In this document: positions 44,373-59,400 of the stretch, piece after piece | Layout: every line of letters starts with the position of its first letter | Position numbering within the stretch: the first letter of the stretch is position 1 | NCBI RefSeq assembly: GCF_009914755.1 | Contig: NC_060928.1 | Direction: 5' to 3' (one strand) | Source: the human T2T-CHM13v2.0 reference genome, Homo sapiens | Length of the DNA stretch: 64,000 nt | The notes under the pieces: model-generated | The model's database searches: none | Told to the model about the DNA's origin: nothing | What the model saw: only the letters and a program-made list of their open reading frames with translations | Translations under genes and position numbers: made by a program

Positions 44373-46133
44373 AGGAAAGTACACTTTTTATTTTCACAGG
44401 AGGTAATGATACATTCAAGTTGGTTACTTTACACAAGAAGAAATTTGTGTAATTTCTTACACAAAGAAATTACACAATTTTAGATAAATTTATCTTTATC
44501 TAAAATTATAATAAATAATTTTATTATTTAATAAACAATAAATAAATCTAAAACTCATTTATGTAAAATTTGTCACTATCTAAAATTTTCATAGTAAATT
44601 GTATGGAAAATATAATATCCCGTAGATGTGTCAAGACCAGAACATAGGTCAAACAGAGCTGAACTCGAGTCTCAGGTCTGCTGGTTGACTGCTAGTGACC
44701 TTGGGCAAGTCACTTACCCTCTCCAGTTCTTGTTTTCCTCACCTGAAAATGGGAACGATATTGTCTGCCTTATCGGGCTATGATGAGAATGGAAAGCTAG
44801 AACATGTAGACTGCCCTCCATAGTGCTTGGCATGGGGTCGTTCCTTTTCCCTCCCAGATGGAACACTGCATCCATCCCGATGGAGGTTTCTAGATGATGC
44901 TCCAGAGGATTCCAAGCAGAGAACATTTACAATTTCCATACATTACAAAAGTGTGAGCCTGCAAGGCAAGGTCTGGAGCTGGGAGCACATCTGGAGCAGT
45001 GGGTGGGTACTGAGAACCATATCCACACACACAAAGAAATGTGTTCGTTCAGAAGATCCAGCATCAATTCCTTCTTCCTAAGATTTGACAAGACTGGAGT
45101 CATTTCTTCACCAGGCCCATTTTATGAAAAACCCTGGGAAAACTGAGGTCCAGCAGCCAAAGATCTAACACAGCGGAATCAGGAAAAATGGTGGACAGGC
45201 CCCTGAAGGCACGTAAGGAGCAGGGAGCCTGGTGACCTTGGTGCACCCAATGCCTCCCTAACTAGAGTAATGGAACACCAATGTGGTTTACATTCATAAT
45301 CCCTTGCATTTGAGAATTTTTAAATCTACTTAAATTTTCAAACAAGGGACACTCACACCACCTCCCACACTTATTAGCATGCTGTTTTATCACTCCGATA
45401 TGTTCAAGGGACCCACCCCCATAAAAGATGGAAGATGAATCAGAAAACTCAACTGGAATTGCACTCCCTAGAGGGGCCCTGGGAGTTGTTTAGATATGCA
45501 TAGTCTCACCTCAAGGCACATGCTGGGTACAAGATCCCTTATCACACCTCCAGTCCTGCTCAGCTTTTTAAGGGAGCATTTCCTGATATATAGGTCTTTA
45601 ACTACCAGGTGTATTTGCCCACTGTCCACCTGTGCCTTCAAGTACCGTACTTAACAAGTTGGAACCGAGGGAATGGTACACTTCACATTTTGCAACTGTT
45701 ATGCAAATAGAACTTCAATGAAATTCCTCAAACTGTTGACTCTAGAAACCGTGGGAGACAAAGGGTCAGTGTCTGACTTCACGAACGTTACCAACTTGAA
45801 AAATGAGATCTATTCCTTAGTGTGTGGGAGGAAGACATTTAAATCTGTAGTACCCTCAAAGCCTCACTCTAAACCTGGTCTGGCACTTTTCAATGTGTGT
45901 TCTTTGATATGGTAAGTAGTTAAGTATATCCCACCAGAGACCTTCCAAGGATGGGTTTTTTCCTCCATATGACTTCTCTCACTCTTTGCAGGAGAATAAA
46001 ATAGAGTTTCAACTGAACTTTAAAGCTGTAACCTGATCTCAGAATCATGCACCATAAACAGCATTTGTGCTTTTCAAGATACTTTCAAATCCATATAGTT
46101 TTCCAAGATATTCCTAGTTGCCACATTGGGTGA

Positions 46134-46448
<315 letters not shown>

Positions 46449-47549
46449 TGACTTAATTTTAAATGTAGGGACATCAAGCAAAATGTTGCTGAGGAGTCTC
46501 TTTCGCAGCAAAAGTCCTGTGAAATCTGCAAGGCCATCTTTTTCATGGGTCCCCAAATGTTTCACAGGCAACTGGGCAATAATTGCATTTCCAGGAATGC
46601 CAAATGGAGCCAAATCCTTTTAATAGCTCACTGACATGCAGGTTATTCCACTGGGGACCAAAAGGAAGGAACTAGAGCTCTCAAAATATTTGATTCTTGA
46701 TTTGTGCTCTTCACTGGATGATTCTATTTTCTTGAGAGCATTTTTAACGAAACAGCAGCAATCAGTGATTTCTTAGAAATGTGGCCCCTTTAAATACACT
46801 TCAGTGAGGCTAGCTCTTGTGTTTCCTGGACACTCTGTGTGTTCTGGACATACTGGAGGCACAGCATAAATATTAATGCTGGCCATTACAAAAAGAAAAT
46901 GAAAAGACCCCATAAGGCAGCAGTGACCCTAGAAGCCCCAGAAGCCGTGTTGGAACTGTGACAAGGAAGGATAGTGACAAGATCTGAAAAAAGCAGCCCT
47001 CTTCCCACACTCAACACATGCAGTAAACCCAGACATGCAGGGCACCATTGTCTGAGCTGTCACTGGAGGGCTGGGAGGAGACAGGGGATGGGGCAATGGC
47101 AGCCTACCCACCCCTCCTCATCACTGTCCAGGGGCATTCAGGAAACACAGGCTTCCAATATGAGGCTGCCTTTTTTTCTCACAAGCCATGCTCACTAGGA
47201 ATCCATAGCGGCCATCTGCACACCGACCTGGTGGTGTCTCAAGCTTCCAGGTGTGGTTTTGGGGGCAGGGTCCTTGAGGAAGGGGGTGCTGCTGACAGTG
47301 AGGTAACCTGAGGTCAGCTCTGGACAGGGCTGGGTGGAAGAAGAGTGTAGTGACTGCTGATCCCTGTCCTTTCTAGGAATTGGGGTTACTGGGTCAGAGA
47401 AACATCTCAATACCTTCCAGGCTTCCAAGGCTGGTTGTAAACCTGCTCCTTGATAAAAGAAACTACATCCAACCTTTAGGAGCAAGGTGGGGTAACATGG
47501 GAGCAGATCTTAGTTCATTTGTTTGTTTGTTTTTGCTTGCCTGCTTGCT

Positions 47550-47868
47550 TTTTTGTTTTTTCTTTTTCTTTTTTTTTTTTTTTTTGAGACAGGGTTGCAC
47601 ACTGTTGCCCAGGTTGGAGTGCAGTGGTGCAATCATGGCTCACTGCAGCCTTCACCTCCCAGACAGGTGATTCTCCCACCTTAGCCTCCCAAGTACCTGG
47701 GACTACAGGCATGCACCACCATGCCTGGCTAATTATTTTTTATTTTTTTGTAGATATGGGATTTTACCATGTTGCCTGGGCTAGTCTCTGAACTCCTGGG
47801 CCCAAATACTCTGCCCACCTGGGCCTCCCAAAGTGCGGGATTACAGGCATGAACCACCTCACCCAGCC
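47550..47868 (-). mobile_element. AluJ-type
   Basis: Full Alu. Confidence 0.9.
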
Positions 47869-48206
47869 TACAAATTCTTATATGACAATTTGAATCTCTG
47901 CTTGGATTTGTTTTATCCTCTCTTGTGCTTGTAACTCAAACTTTAATACTTGAAAAGTTTCATCAAAATTTAAATATACTTTTCTAAATCTGTGAGAAGG
48001 CTGTCTCCCAAGATGGTTTGTTACTGCACATCTTTTCCCCGGTAGATGGAAATATCCCTTCTCTATTCTCTTTCCCTTAGTCTTTCAAAAACTCAGTGAG
48101 GAGGAAGTGCTTGCTTCTAGCTTCTGGCGGTAGGCTACATTTCCCAGCCTGTCAGAATGGCCTCTCTGCAGGCTTCAACCCTTATGAGAAATAAAGCTGT
48201 CCTTTA

Positions 48207-48789
<583 letters not shown>

Positions 48790-49572
48790 TTAGGAAAGCC
48801 TTTTCAGCTCCTTTCTCTTGCCAAGTCTTGTTTGTGGCTTTGGTGGGTGGTTTTGTTTGGGGGCCTGTCTTCTTTATTCCCTTTTCTTTTTTCTCTTAAT
48901 CAAAGCAGTCTGTTCTGGTACTGCAGTGAAACAACTCTTTCCAGTTCCTTTGCATGGTGGTTGTGCACGTAGCCTCCAGGCCTGGGCTTGCATCAGTCAT
49001 TTTGTCTATTCATACAAAGGGAAATTTAGGCTTTGTTCAGTTCATCTCCTACCAGGGCATGTACTTTCACAGCTACTGCCTGGGAAGCTTTGTGTGCATG
49101 AGATATCACCAGTCTGCCAGGCTACCAACTTGACTGTAAGTGGAGAGACTAACTGATGAAGCAATGACTGTGTGCCAGGAACTGTTCTAAGTGCTTTATG
49201 TGTATGAGCCAGTCAGCCCACTATTACTGTTCTTCTCCATTTTCAGGTGAGGAAACTGAGGCTCAGATTGTTGAGAAAATTGTCCCAAGCCGCACAGCTG
49301 GTCAGGGGCAGGCCAGCATTCAGTTTCCAGAGCCTGTGTTTTTAACCATTATGTGATGCCTCCAGGGTACATTATATTCTTTTGCATGAATGTGCAAAAA
49401 TATGTCTTCATGCTTCTATTTCTGTTCATTTAACTTGTTTCAATTTTTTTCTATCACAAATAATACAGCAATGAATGTTTTTGCAATAATAGCTTATAAT
49501 GATAGTTAACATTTGTCGAATCGCTAACAAAGTGATGGGCTCTGTTTCAAGTTCTTTATGCATCTTAATTAA

Positions 49573-49904
<332 letters not shown>

Positions 49905-52677
49905 AAATCCTACTATTATTACTATTTAACGAATTTAATCTTTGTAACAAACCTACTATTATTACCATTTAACAGAAGAGGGAAACGAGGCACAGGACAG
50001 TTGGCTACATATTTTGTTCCAGATTGCACAATTAGAAAGTGGCAGCTTAGCACCATAAGACATAGTGAGGAAAAAAGAAAAAAAAAAAGTGGATGGGCTG
50101 GCATTGAAACCCAGAGCTGGTACTCTTATGATAGTGTCTAGACAATATCTGTGACCACACCTCTGATTGTACCTCAAGAAGAAAGATTTTTAAAGTGAAA
50201 TTACTAGAGCATAAGATATAAACATTTAAAAGGTTTTTGATACATCTTACAAAAGTGCTTTTCAATAACACTGATTGATCATGCTCATTTGCATTTCCAT
50301 GAGCACTGTGTAATTGATCAAGGACTCTAAAAGTTAGATAAGCCACTGATAAATGGAGATGCCCCTCTAAGTCCCTGGGCAGTAAAACCTGACCAGCATA
50401 GCCTCCAATAACCTGCATAGTGTTGAGGAGAGCTTGGATTTAAGAGATTAAGAGGGTCAAACTCTTTTCTGTCCATTTTAAAATGCAAGTTTTATTTAAG
50501 AGGAACTATCTAATATGCTGAAGACAGTATCAGGTATCTGTAAAATTGCTTTTTGTAACTCAGAATCTTGGAACAAAAGAAACAATAAAGAAAATTTGGA
50601 ACCAGAACTGTTTACCCTACGGAAAATTTTTGTCCAAAGCAGCCTCTCAGCGTTCCACATCATTTTCATCATTATGAATAACGACAACAGCAACTAAGGT
50701 TTATGTTGCACTTTTGACTGAACACATGCCTCTTTCGTATTTCTTAGACCAAGCCAGTGTTTCTTGTACTTTCCTGATGATAAGAAGTACCAAGAGGTGT
50801 TGTTAGCTAGATCGTCATAAATAATCAGGCCTCCCCTAGGTAAGTTCTGATTTAGGAGGTCTGGGTTGGAGCCTTAAATCTGTGTTTTGACAAGCATACT
50901 AGGTGTTTTTTATTTTCTGAGGATTTTGGAAACTACTAGAAAACACAATAAAATTGCTGTAGTAGGTTCTTTTTTCAATGTTAAGCTATTAACATTAGAA
51001 TGCTTGCTTTTAATTGGAATCAGGTGTTAAAGAGAAAATCTACAACGATCAGTCATTGCAACAGAAGTAACAATTATATACTAGCCTCACTTAGCATTCT
51101 TCACCCACACTGGTTCCCTAAATGTACATTTCTTAATTCTCTTGAATGTCTATTATACAGGCAGATGCAACTTGCAAATCACACTAACTCGAACATACAC
51201 TTCAGTGCCTCACTAGAACCCCTAACTGACATCTTTTTCCTAAGTCAGTATACCTGGCATATGCCTGGCTAAAGTGCCACTTTCTCTTGTTTAGACCCTG
51301 AAGCTGATGTAGACTGGGAACTGATTACTGAGATCTAGACATACCTCCTCCTCTCCTCCACATAGGCCCACCCACCAAGAATCCCTACATTGGAAACCCT
51401 TGGGGTTCAAGGATCATGAGTCTGGGGCATGCACCCTGGGATCACTGTTCAGAGCTGAAAATGCATTTCCCCATGGAAACATTGATGTTGATGTGGTGCC
51501 GTTTTGCTAGAGTCCAAGTACATTTTCTGGTTTTTGTGGGCTGATCTGGGCTCTTGCTGCCATTTATCATATTTCTATAAAAAAAAAAGCTCAAAACTAC
51601 ATTAGGGAGGGGTGCATCTGGAGTGTTTGAAATATCCCAATTCTTGTTCTGGATGGTGTTTTTACCCTGTTACCATCCCTTTGTGATATTCCGTTGAGCT
51701 GTTGCCTTAGGATTTGTGCACTTCTCTGTTTTTGAATTATATTTATTAAAAATTTCAACATATGGGGGTTTGCAAGAAAAAAGGTTTCTTAAATAAAACC
51801 CCTCCATATGGAATATAGCCTTTTGGAAATTAAAAACAGGCATTGAAATCTATGATTAATATAAAGAATAAGAAAATAAATCAATTATCATTTTTTTTCA
51901 CACTGTGGATAGAAGATTTCAAAAGAAACCCTTTCATGGTTCCTTTTATTTGTTTTTTCATCTGTAATTTGAGAATTAAACATTCAGTCACACTAGTCCC
52001 AAGCAATACAGTTCAAAAAACTTTTTTGCCTGTTTTTATTTTTTTGTTGTTGGTTTATGCAAATGAGGTTTTTAGCTGGAAACTTCAAAAGCCTGACACA
52101 TATTAAAAATAAGCAGATTTATGATGAGTGGGATTTTTGGCAAGCAATTGAGAAAAATCACCAAGACTCCAAAGAGAGTTGTTCTCTTTCTGTCTTGGCT
52201 TTGTCATGTGCTCTTTCTTAATATTTGGTTTGAAGCAGTGTATGGTTCTGTAATGTGACCTGGAGCCTCTATTGAGTAAGCATCCCTGGAGACTAAGAAA
52301 CATCTTTCTATGCTAATGGATTAGTCAAAGAAGATCAATGTATCATCATTTCAAGAAAATATTACAAGAAAGTATGCTCTTACTCTAATGGAAGCCAGTA
52401 GCAATTTTCTTGTCAATTTCCCAGCTATTTTTTAATATTATTTTAGTACTTACTTTCCTGTGCTGACTCTATGTTCAATCTAAAATTAATTGTTTGTCCC
52501 AGTTCACTTCCTTAGTCCCTAGACTCCAGTTGCAACTTTCATGATATTCTGTTCCTCTCCTGCAGAGGGTTTAAAGGGCTGCAGAATAAGAGGGCAGCTT
52601 GTACATTCTTTTGACAAAAGGAGGCATGTCTCTCAATGCTTCCCTTAGTTTCTATCCCCAGAAGTTCTCAAGATGAA

Positions 52678-53044
52678 TGTCCAAGTCCATTTGTGCTACT
52701 ATAACAAAATGCCTGAGGCTGGCGAATTTATAGACAATAGAAATTTATTTTTAGTTCTGGAGGCTGGAAAGTTCAAGAGCAAGGCACCAGGAGGTTTGGT
52801 GTCTGCTGAGGGCTGCTCTCTGATTCCAAGGTGGTGCCGTGAGCGTCTTTACATTGTGAAGGGGATGGAAGGACAAAAGGGCTTGCTAGTTCCCTCAAGT
52901 CCTTTTATAAAGGCATTAATCCGTTCATGAAAGGGGAGCCCTCATGATCTAAACACTTCCTAAAGGCACCAACCTCTTAATACTATCACATTGGCAGTTA
53001 AGTTTCAACATACGAAGTTGGAGGCACACATTCAGGCCACAGCA
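52678..53044 (-). mobile_element. MaLR solo LTR (MST/MLT1A-like)
   Basis: tgtccaagtccatttgtgctactataacaaaat...ttctggaggctggaaagttcaaga...cacattcaggccacagca. Confidence 0.82.
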
Positions 53045-54236
53045 ATGAGATTCTGTGAGTTCTTTGATTTAGATGAACTTTGTTTAGATGAACTTTTATT
53101 TCTCCCCAACATCTTACCATGAGCACAGTCAATACAACTGAAAATTAAGCTTTGATTTTCCTTTCAAAGTGGCTCTTTTTTTCTGCTCATGTTTCTGTTA
53201 AATGACATGATTTTATTTTTTAATTTGTAAAATGTTTTGGGGTTTCTGCTAATTGAATTATGGGACCCTAGACATAAAGAAGACATAAACTCCCCACGGA
53301 GTATACAGGGTAATAAGCAGATGAGGTATCTGTACATGTACAGATAACCCAAGTACCCAGGAGGCTGGAAGTGCTGTCACTGAAATACAAAGTATATGGG
53401 ATTCAGAGAAAGAGGTCATTCTCATCCATGGGTACCAGTTGAAATTCGTCAGGAACAGGCAAGATTTGGACAGGGGAAGATGAAGAAAAGGCCACCCCAG
53501 ACTCAGCAGGAACAGACACTTCAAAGGCAAGAAAGTGCAGGTCAGTTGAAACTGAGGGAGTCAGTGCAAGAATTGCTGTGAAGTTTAATTTTACAGCATA
53601 GGAGGAAGTTAAGTTCTAAAACCAGCACTTAAAAAAGAGAGTCATAGTGACTCAGTGATGCTTGACAATCTGAACATACTGCCTCTCAGTAATTCTCACA
53701 CCACCAAGATGTCCTTCCAGTGTTGCAACAAATCATGATTTCTTTGATTGATCACCAGATGAAGCAGTTGGCTATGTTTAGAGGCTATGTTGGAGAGCAG
53801 GGAGAGACAGAGAATAAGGATAAGAATTTATTTTTAGAAAGTAAATCACACTTACCATGGCAGGATGTTCACACAGTCATAGCCACAGGGGAACCAAGAT
53901 TGAGAAAATTTCAGATTTTCTCCAAGTTCTCCAAAGAAAAATGTACAAAGATCATGAATAGGCAATTTAAAGGAAATAGTAATGGTTAATGATCATATGT
54001 AAAATGTTCAACATCACCAATGATCCCATAAATCTAAATTTCAGAAGGAAGTTATTATTTTCTTCCTATCATTTGCAAATATTTAAAAATAACACTGCTG
54101 GTGAATATGTGTATCTTAATTTCATGCATTGCTAATGAGAATGTAAATTGGTACCACCTTTGTAAAAAGCAGTTGCGTACAAGAAAAAATAGAGACTATA
54201 AATGGTAATATAATTTATTCACCTATTCAATTGTAA

Positions 54237-54588
<352 letters not shown>

Positions 54589-55665
54589 TATTTTATTCTT
54601 TATACTTTTATGGGTTTTCCAAATTTTCTAGAATATTTAATTGCCTCTTATCAAAAACATGCATTTTAATACATCCTTTCCATCTTTTAGGTCCCAAGTC
54701 AAGTCTACAAGTCTACCCTTTCCGTATAGTATTTCCTGGGCTTTAGGAAGTGCTCTCTCATTTTTCTGTGACCCTTCCAAATGAGTCTTTTCATATATGG
54801 TCTTGAGTTGTAGCCACTTGTATGTATGACTTTCTTCCCAACTAGTAAGGGAGTTACTGAAGAGTAAGGATTGTGGTGTAGAAATTGTAAATTTTTAGGC
54901 AAAAGACTAGTTCTCCTTCCCTACCTTCTCCAGGAAGCCTTTTCTACTACTCAAAGAAGAAAAAAAAGGTGATTACTTCTTCCCTGAATTCTCAAAACAG
55001 TTTTTTATGCCTCTATTATGGAGAGTAAAACACCCCGCTTTGCTTTGGATTACAGATGATTGTCCTTGTCCTGACCCCCCCCATTCTGCTTTGGATTATA
55101 GTTAATTGTGTTTATCTTAACCATAGCACCCATTAGTCATCCAACTCCTTACTATAGGAAACGAATCTCATATCTCTGTGTGCCCAGGGTAGTGTTTTAC
55201 ATAAGGTGTGTGCTCAGTAAACATTGGTTGATCTTATGACAGAATGAAACTGGCTCTTTCCAGCTATTTCAAAGAGGTGCATTTCAGTTAGTCTGGAATC
55301 CAAAGTTTCAGAGTGCCATGCAAGAAGCAGACCCAACTGTTGAGGAGTGGCAGTCATAAAGCCCGATCCGCCAGAAAAAAACCTACCAGGAAATGAATTC
55401 ACCTTAGACTTCTGATCCCTCAAATAATACTACTTAGTGCCTTTATGGGTCCTGAGAACTTTATCTGTGAAGCCCTACCTTCTTTGACCATCTCACAAAC
55501 TTCTAAAAATTATTTTGCAAAAGAATTCCACCTTTTCATTCCTAAATTGAACACCACAGATTTGCCCTGAAACCCAGTTTCAGGCCCTCATCTTCCACAT
55601 GTGGCCATTGAGAGAAAAGTTTAAAATCAAGGACTGCATAAATATTATTTTAGAATTTTAAAAAT

Positions 55666-56010
<345 letters not shown>

Positions 56011-56539
56011 TCATTTCCATTTAATACACATTTATTGTAATCCAGGATTTTGCAAAGCCCTGTCCTGGGCACTAAGGATGATCCAGAGATTAAATAGGAC
56101 GTTGATCTCATAAGATCCCATGTGGCTATGGCAATGTAATTGAGGAAAGGGAGGAACAGTGTAAAAGGAGTTAAGAGACGGGGAGTTCATTGCCCTTGAC
56201 TGCAGGGTTTTGAGCCAGAATTGGGTTAGAAGTGGGAAATAAATAGGAAGGCCACTGGTAACTGCTCATAATTGTGTTGGTGGTGACTGCTGATGCTTTG
56301 AGTCTGTGCCCAGTAAATATAAGACGTAGGTGGGATTCAGATAGAATGAGAAAAGCTTTAGGAAAAAAAAAATCAAAGTTCTAAGGCAATATTGGATAGA
56401 AGATATGATGAGAGACAGGTTGTTATAGAAAAGGATGGCATTTAACAGGACACAGTGCATCTGTGAGTGTTCTTAGCTTCTGACAACAGACTAACTCTAG
56501 TTAGTCTGAAAGTAAAAGAAATGTATTAAAGACTATTAG

Positions 56540-57535
56540 GACACCATCAAGAAAGTGAAAGGACAGCCCGTAGAATAAGAACAAATATTTTCAAAGCACA
56601 CATCTGATAAGGAACTCACATCCAGAATGTGAGAACTCAACAATAAAAGACAAGTTTAAAAGGACAATTTAAAATGGGCAAATAGTGTTGGTTTTGCAAC
56701 AATGTAAATGTACTGTTCACAGTATATATACATTTTGATGTAACAAATAGTAAGTTTTGTTATATATATTTAACCCTAATTTTAAAAATAAATTTTTTTA
56801 AATGGGCAAACATTTCAGTAGGCATTTCTACAAGGAAGATACCCAAATGGTCAACAAGCACATGAAAAGATACTTAACATTATTTGTCATTAGGGAAATG
56901 CAAAGCAAAACCATAATGAAATACCACTTCACACCCACCAAGAAATTGAAACCCTCATACATTACTTGTGGTAGTGTAAAATGGTGTAACTGCTTTGGAA
57001 AACAGTCTGGCAGTTCCTCAAAATGTTAAACATAGAATTAGCGTATGACCCAGTGATTTCACTCCTAGGTAAATACCCAAGAGAAATGAAAATATATGTC
57101 AACTCAAAAACTTGCATTCAAATGTTCATAGCAGCATTATTTATACTAGCCACCAGTGGAAACGATCCAAATGTCTATCAAATGTTAAACAGATAAGCAA
57201 AATGTGGTGTATTTATATAATATAACATTCTTTGGCAATAAAAAGTCATGAAGTACTGACACATGCTACGTGGATTCCTGAGTAAACTGAAAAAATTTTG
57301 CTGAGTGAAAGAAGCCAGACACAAAAGCCCACACATATTATATGATTTCATTTATATGAAATGTCCAAGTGTGGCGGTGTGCCTATAATCCCAATTACTG
57401 GGGAGGCTGAGATGTGAAGATCGCTTGAGCCCAGGAAGTCAAGGCTGCAGTGAGCCATGTTTGTGACACTGCACTCCAGTCTGGACAACAGAACGAGACC
57501 CTGTCTCAAAACAAACAAACAAAAAAACCAAACAA
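56540..57535 (+). mobile_element. L1MB-like fragment followed by Alu monomer (about 57368-57535)
   Basis: gacaccatcaagaaagtgaaa...cattagggaaatgcaaa...gttcatagcagcattatt...gagtgaaagaagccagacacaaa. Confidence 0.88.
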
Positions 57536-57737
57536 ATGCAGCCTCCTCTGGGAGGCCTTTCTTCGTTTCCTGCTTCTATGTTCCTATAACCCTCTGTCCA
57601 TACACTTCTATCATTTCATAGTGTTTTGAAATTGTAGGTCGTCCCTCCCCACCTTCCCCTCTGCCCCCCAAAGAAGATAAGGCCCTTGAAAGTAGACTCA
57701 TGCTTTTTCAAGCTTTGTATTCTCAGCCTTGTGACAG

Positions 57738-58171
57738 ATGAAGGAAGGGAGGAAGGTAAGGAAGGAAGGATGGAGGGAGGAAGGAAGGAAGGAAAGAAGA
57801 AAAGAAGGAAGGAAAGAGTGAGGAAGGGAGGGAGGGAGGAAATAAGGAAGGAAGGAAAGAAGAAAAGGAAGGAAAGAGCGAGGAAGGAAGGGAGGGAGGG
57901 AGGAAATGAAGGAAGGAAGGAAAGCGCGAGGAAAGAAGAGAGAGAGGAAGGAAGGGAAGGAGGAAGGAAGGAAGGAGGGAGGAAGGAAGGGAGGGAGGGA
58001 GAGGGAGAAAAGGAACGAAAGAGTGAGGAAGGAAGGAAAGAGGGAGGAAGGGAGGAAGGAAGGAAGGGAGAGAGGAAGGAAGGAAAGAAGGAAGGAAAGA
58101 GCAAGGAAGGAAGGAAAGAGCGAGGAAGGGAGGGAGGAAGGAAGGAAGGAAAGAAAGAGAGAGAGAGGAAG
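57738..58171. repeat. About 430-bp GGAA/GGGA polypurine tract
   Basis: Nearly pure A/G on the + strand. Confidence 0.97.
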
Positions 58172-58399
58172 GGTCCCTACTCCAACTTCTTTTACGGAGT
58201 AAAAAGGCCTAAAGAGACAGTCATGACTTATCATTTGCAGGACTGATTGTATCATACTTGACTCATTTGTTAACATTCACTTGAAGGAAACGCAGAGATT
58301 TTTTTTCTTCGCTCACATTCAGGAGCTGTGCTTGCTTATAATGAACTGTCATGATGGAGGCCGGCCCGTTTCAGCTCTCTCAGCCCCGTCAAGCTGAAC

Positions 58400-59400
58400 T
58401 CACTTCCCCTGAAAGGACAGTGTTTGCATTTGTGTTTACGGGACTGGGGAAGAGGATGCGTTTTCAGGAGACCTGAAAACCGAGCCAACCCCCTTTTCCT
58501 GCCCCGCTGTGCTGCGATTGGCCCATCTTGGAGGCTGGCTGCAGGAGCCTTTAGTCATCGCACAGGGAAATCTTTCTGGAACCGGGCACCAACTTGCGTG
58601 TTTGTTTTCATGCTCTTTGTGCGGGGATTAGCTGTCGTGCCGGGCCTGAAAATGCTGCGAGCGCCGGGCGACATCTAATCCAGGATTTGCCTCTGCCTCG
58701 CGGTTGATGGAAAACAGATGTCTTACTGCTCTGGGCCTGAGCACAGAATGGAAATGACCGACCAGAGAGCCATTTGGAGCCGAGGACACCCGGTGAAAGC
58801 CATTCAGAGTCCAGCCAGGAGGCCGACTTTCCTCCTCTGGTCTGTTTTTACTACTTGAGCCGCTCGCTCAGAAAACGGCCTTAGATAAAGCAGTTTCACC
58901 TTCAGATCGCCTGAGGCTGCAGAAGGGCGGCTGCGGGGGAGGAAGGAGGAGGCGGAGAGGAGCGGGTGCGAAGTCCTGGGTCGCCTGCCCGCTGCCTGAT
59001 GTCGTGAGCTAGGGCACCTCGGCCCTGGCTGGGCGCGCAGCGAGGCCCAGGCCCGAGGGGTGAGGCCCAGGCCACTCCGGAGCGCGCGCTGTTCCCGCGA
59101 AGCGAGTCGCCGTCTCGTAGTAAGTCGTGGCTCGGGCTGTGCCCTGGGAACCCTCCCGCCCGGGCAAGGTCCGGTGGCCGGAGCGTGCGGGAAGCCTGCC
59201 CAGAGTCCATTTCCGGACGGGCGCTGCGGGGCTGGCAGCCGGCCTGGAGCGGGTGCAGTGGGTCGGCGCGGCGCAGAGCTGTCAGCAACAGGGCCGCTGA
59301 GCAGCAGAACCTGGACGCCGCGCGGCTCCCAGGCCCTGCCCGCGGAGCTCTCCCGGGAGTCGCGGACCTCTGCCGTCCTCAGTCACCCGCGTCATGCAGG
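58400..59400 (+). promoter_or_regulatory. TRIM2: CpG island; probable alternative TRIM2 promoter with non-coding first exon
   Basis: Only CpG-dense non-Alu segment (core 58900-59395); + strand donor candidates GGG|GTGAGG at 59060 and GTA|GTAAGT at 59120; assignment to TRIM2 is inferred from position in its intron. Confidence 0.72.

Noticed and set aside
57616-58276. Longest ORFs in the track (162-192 aa, both strands)
   Set aside because: Translations of the GGAA/TTCC tract, which lacks stop codons by composition.
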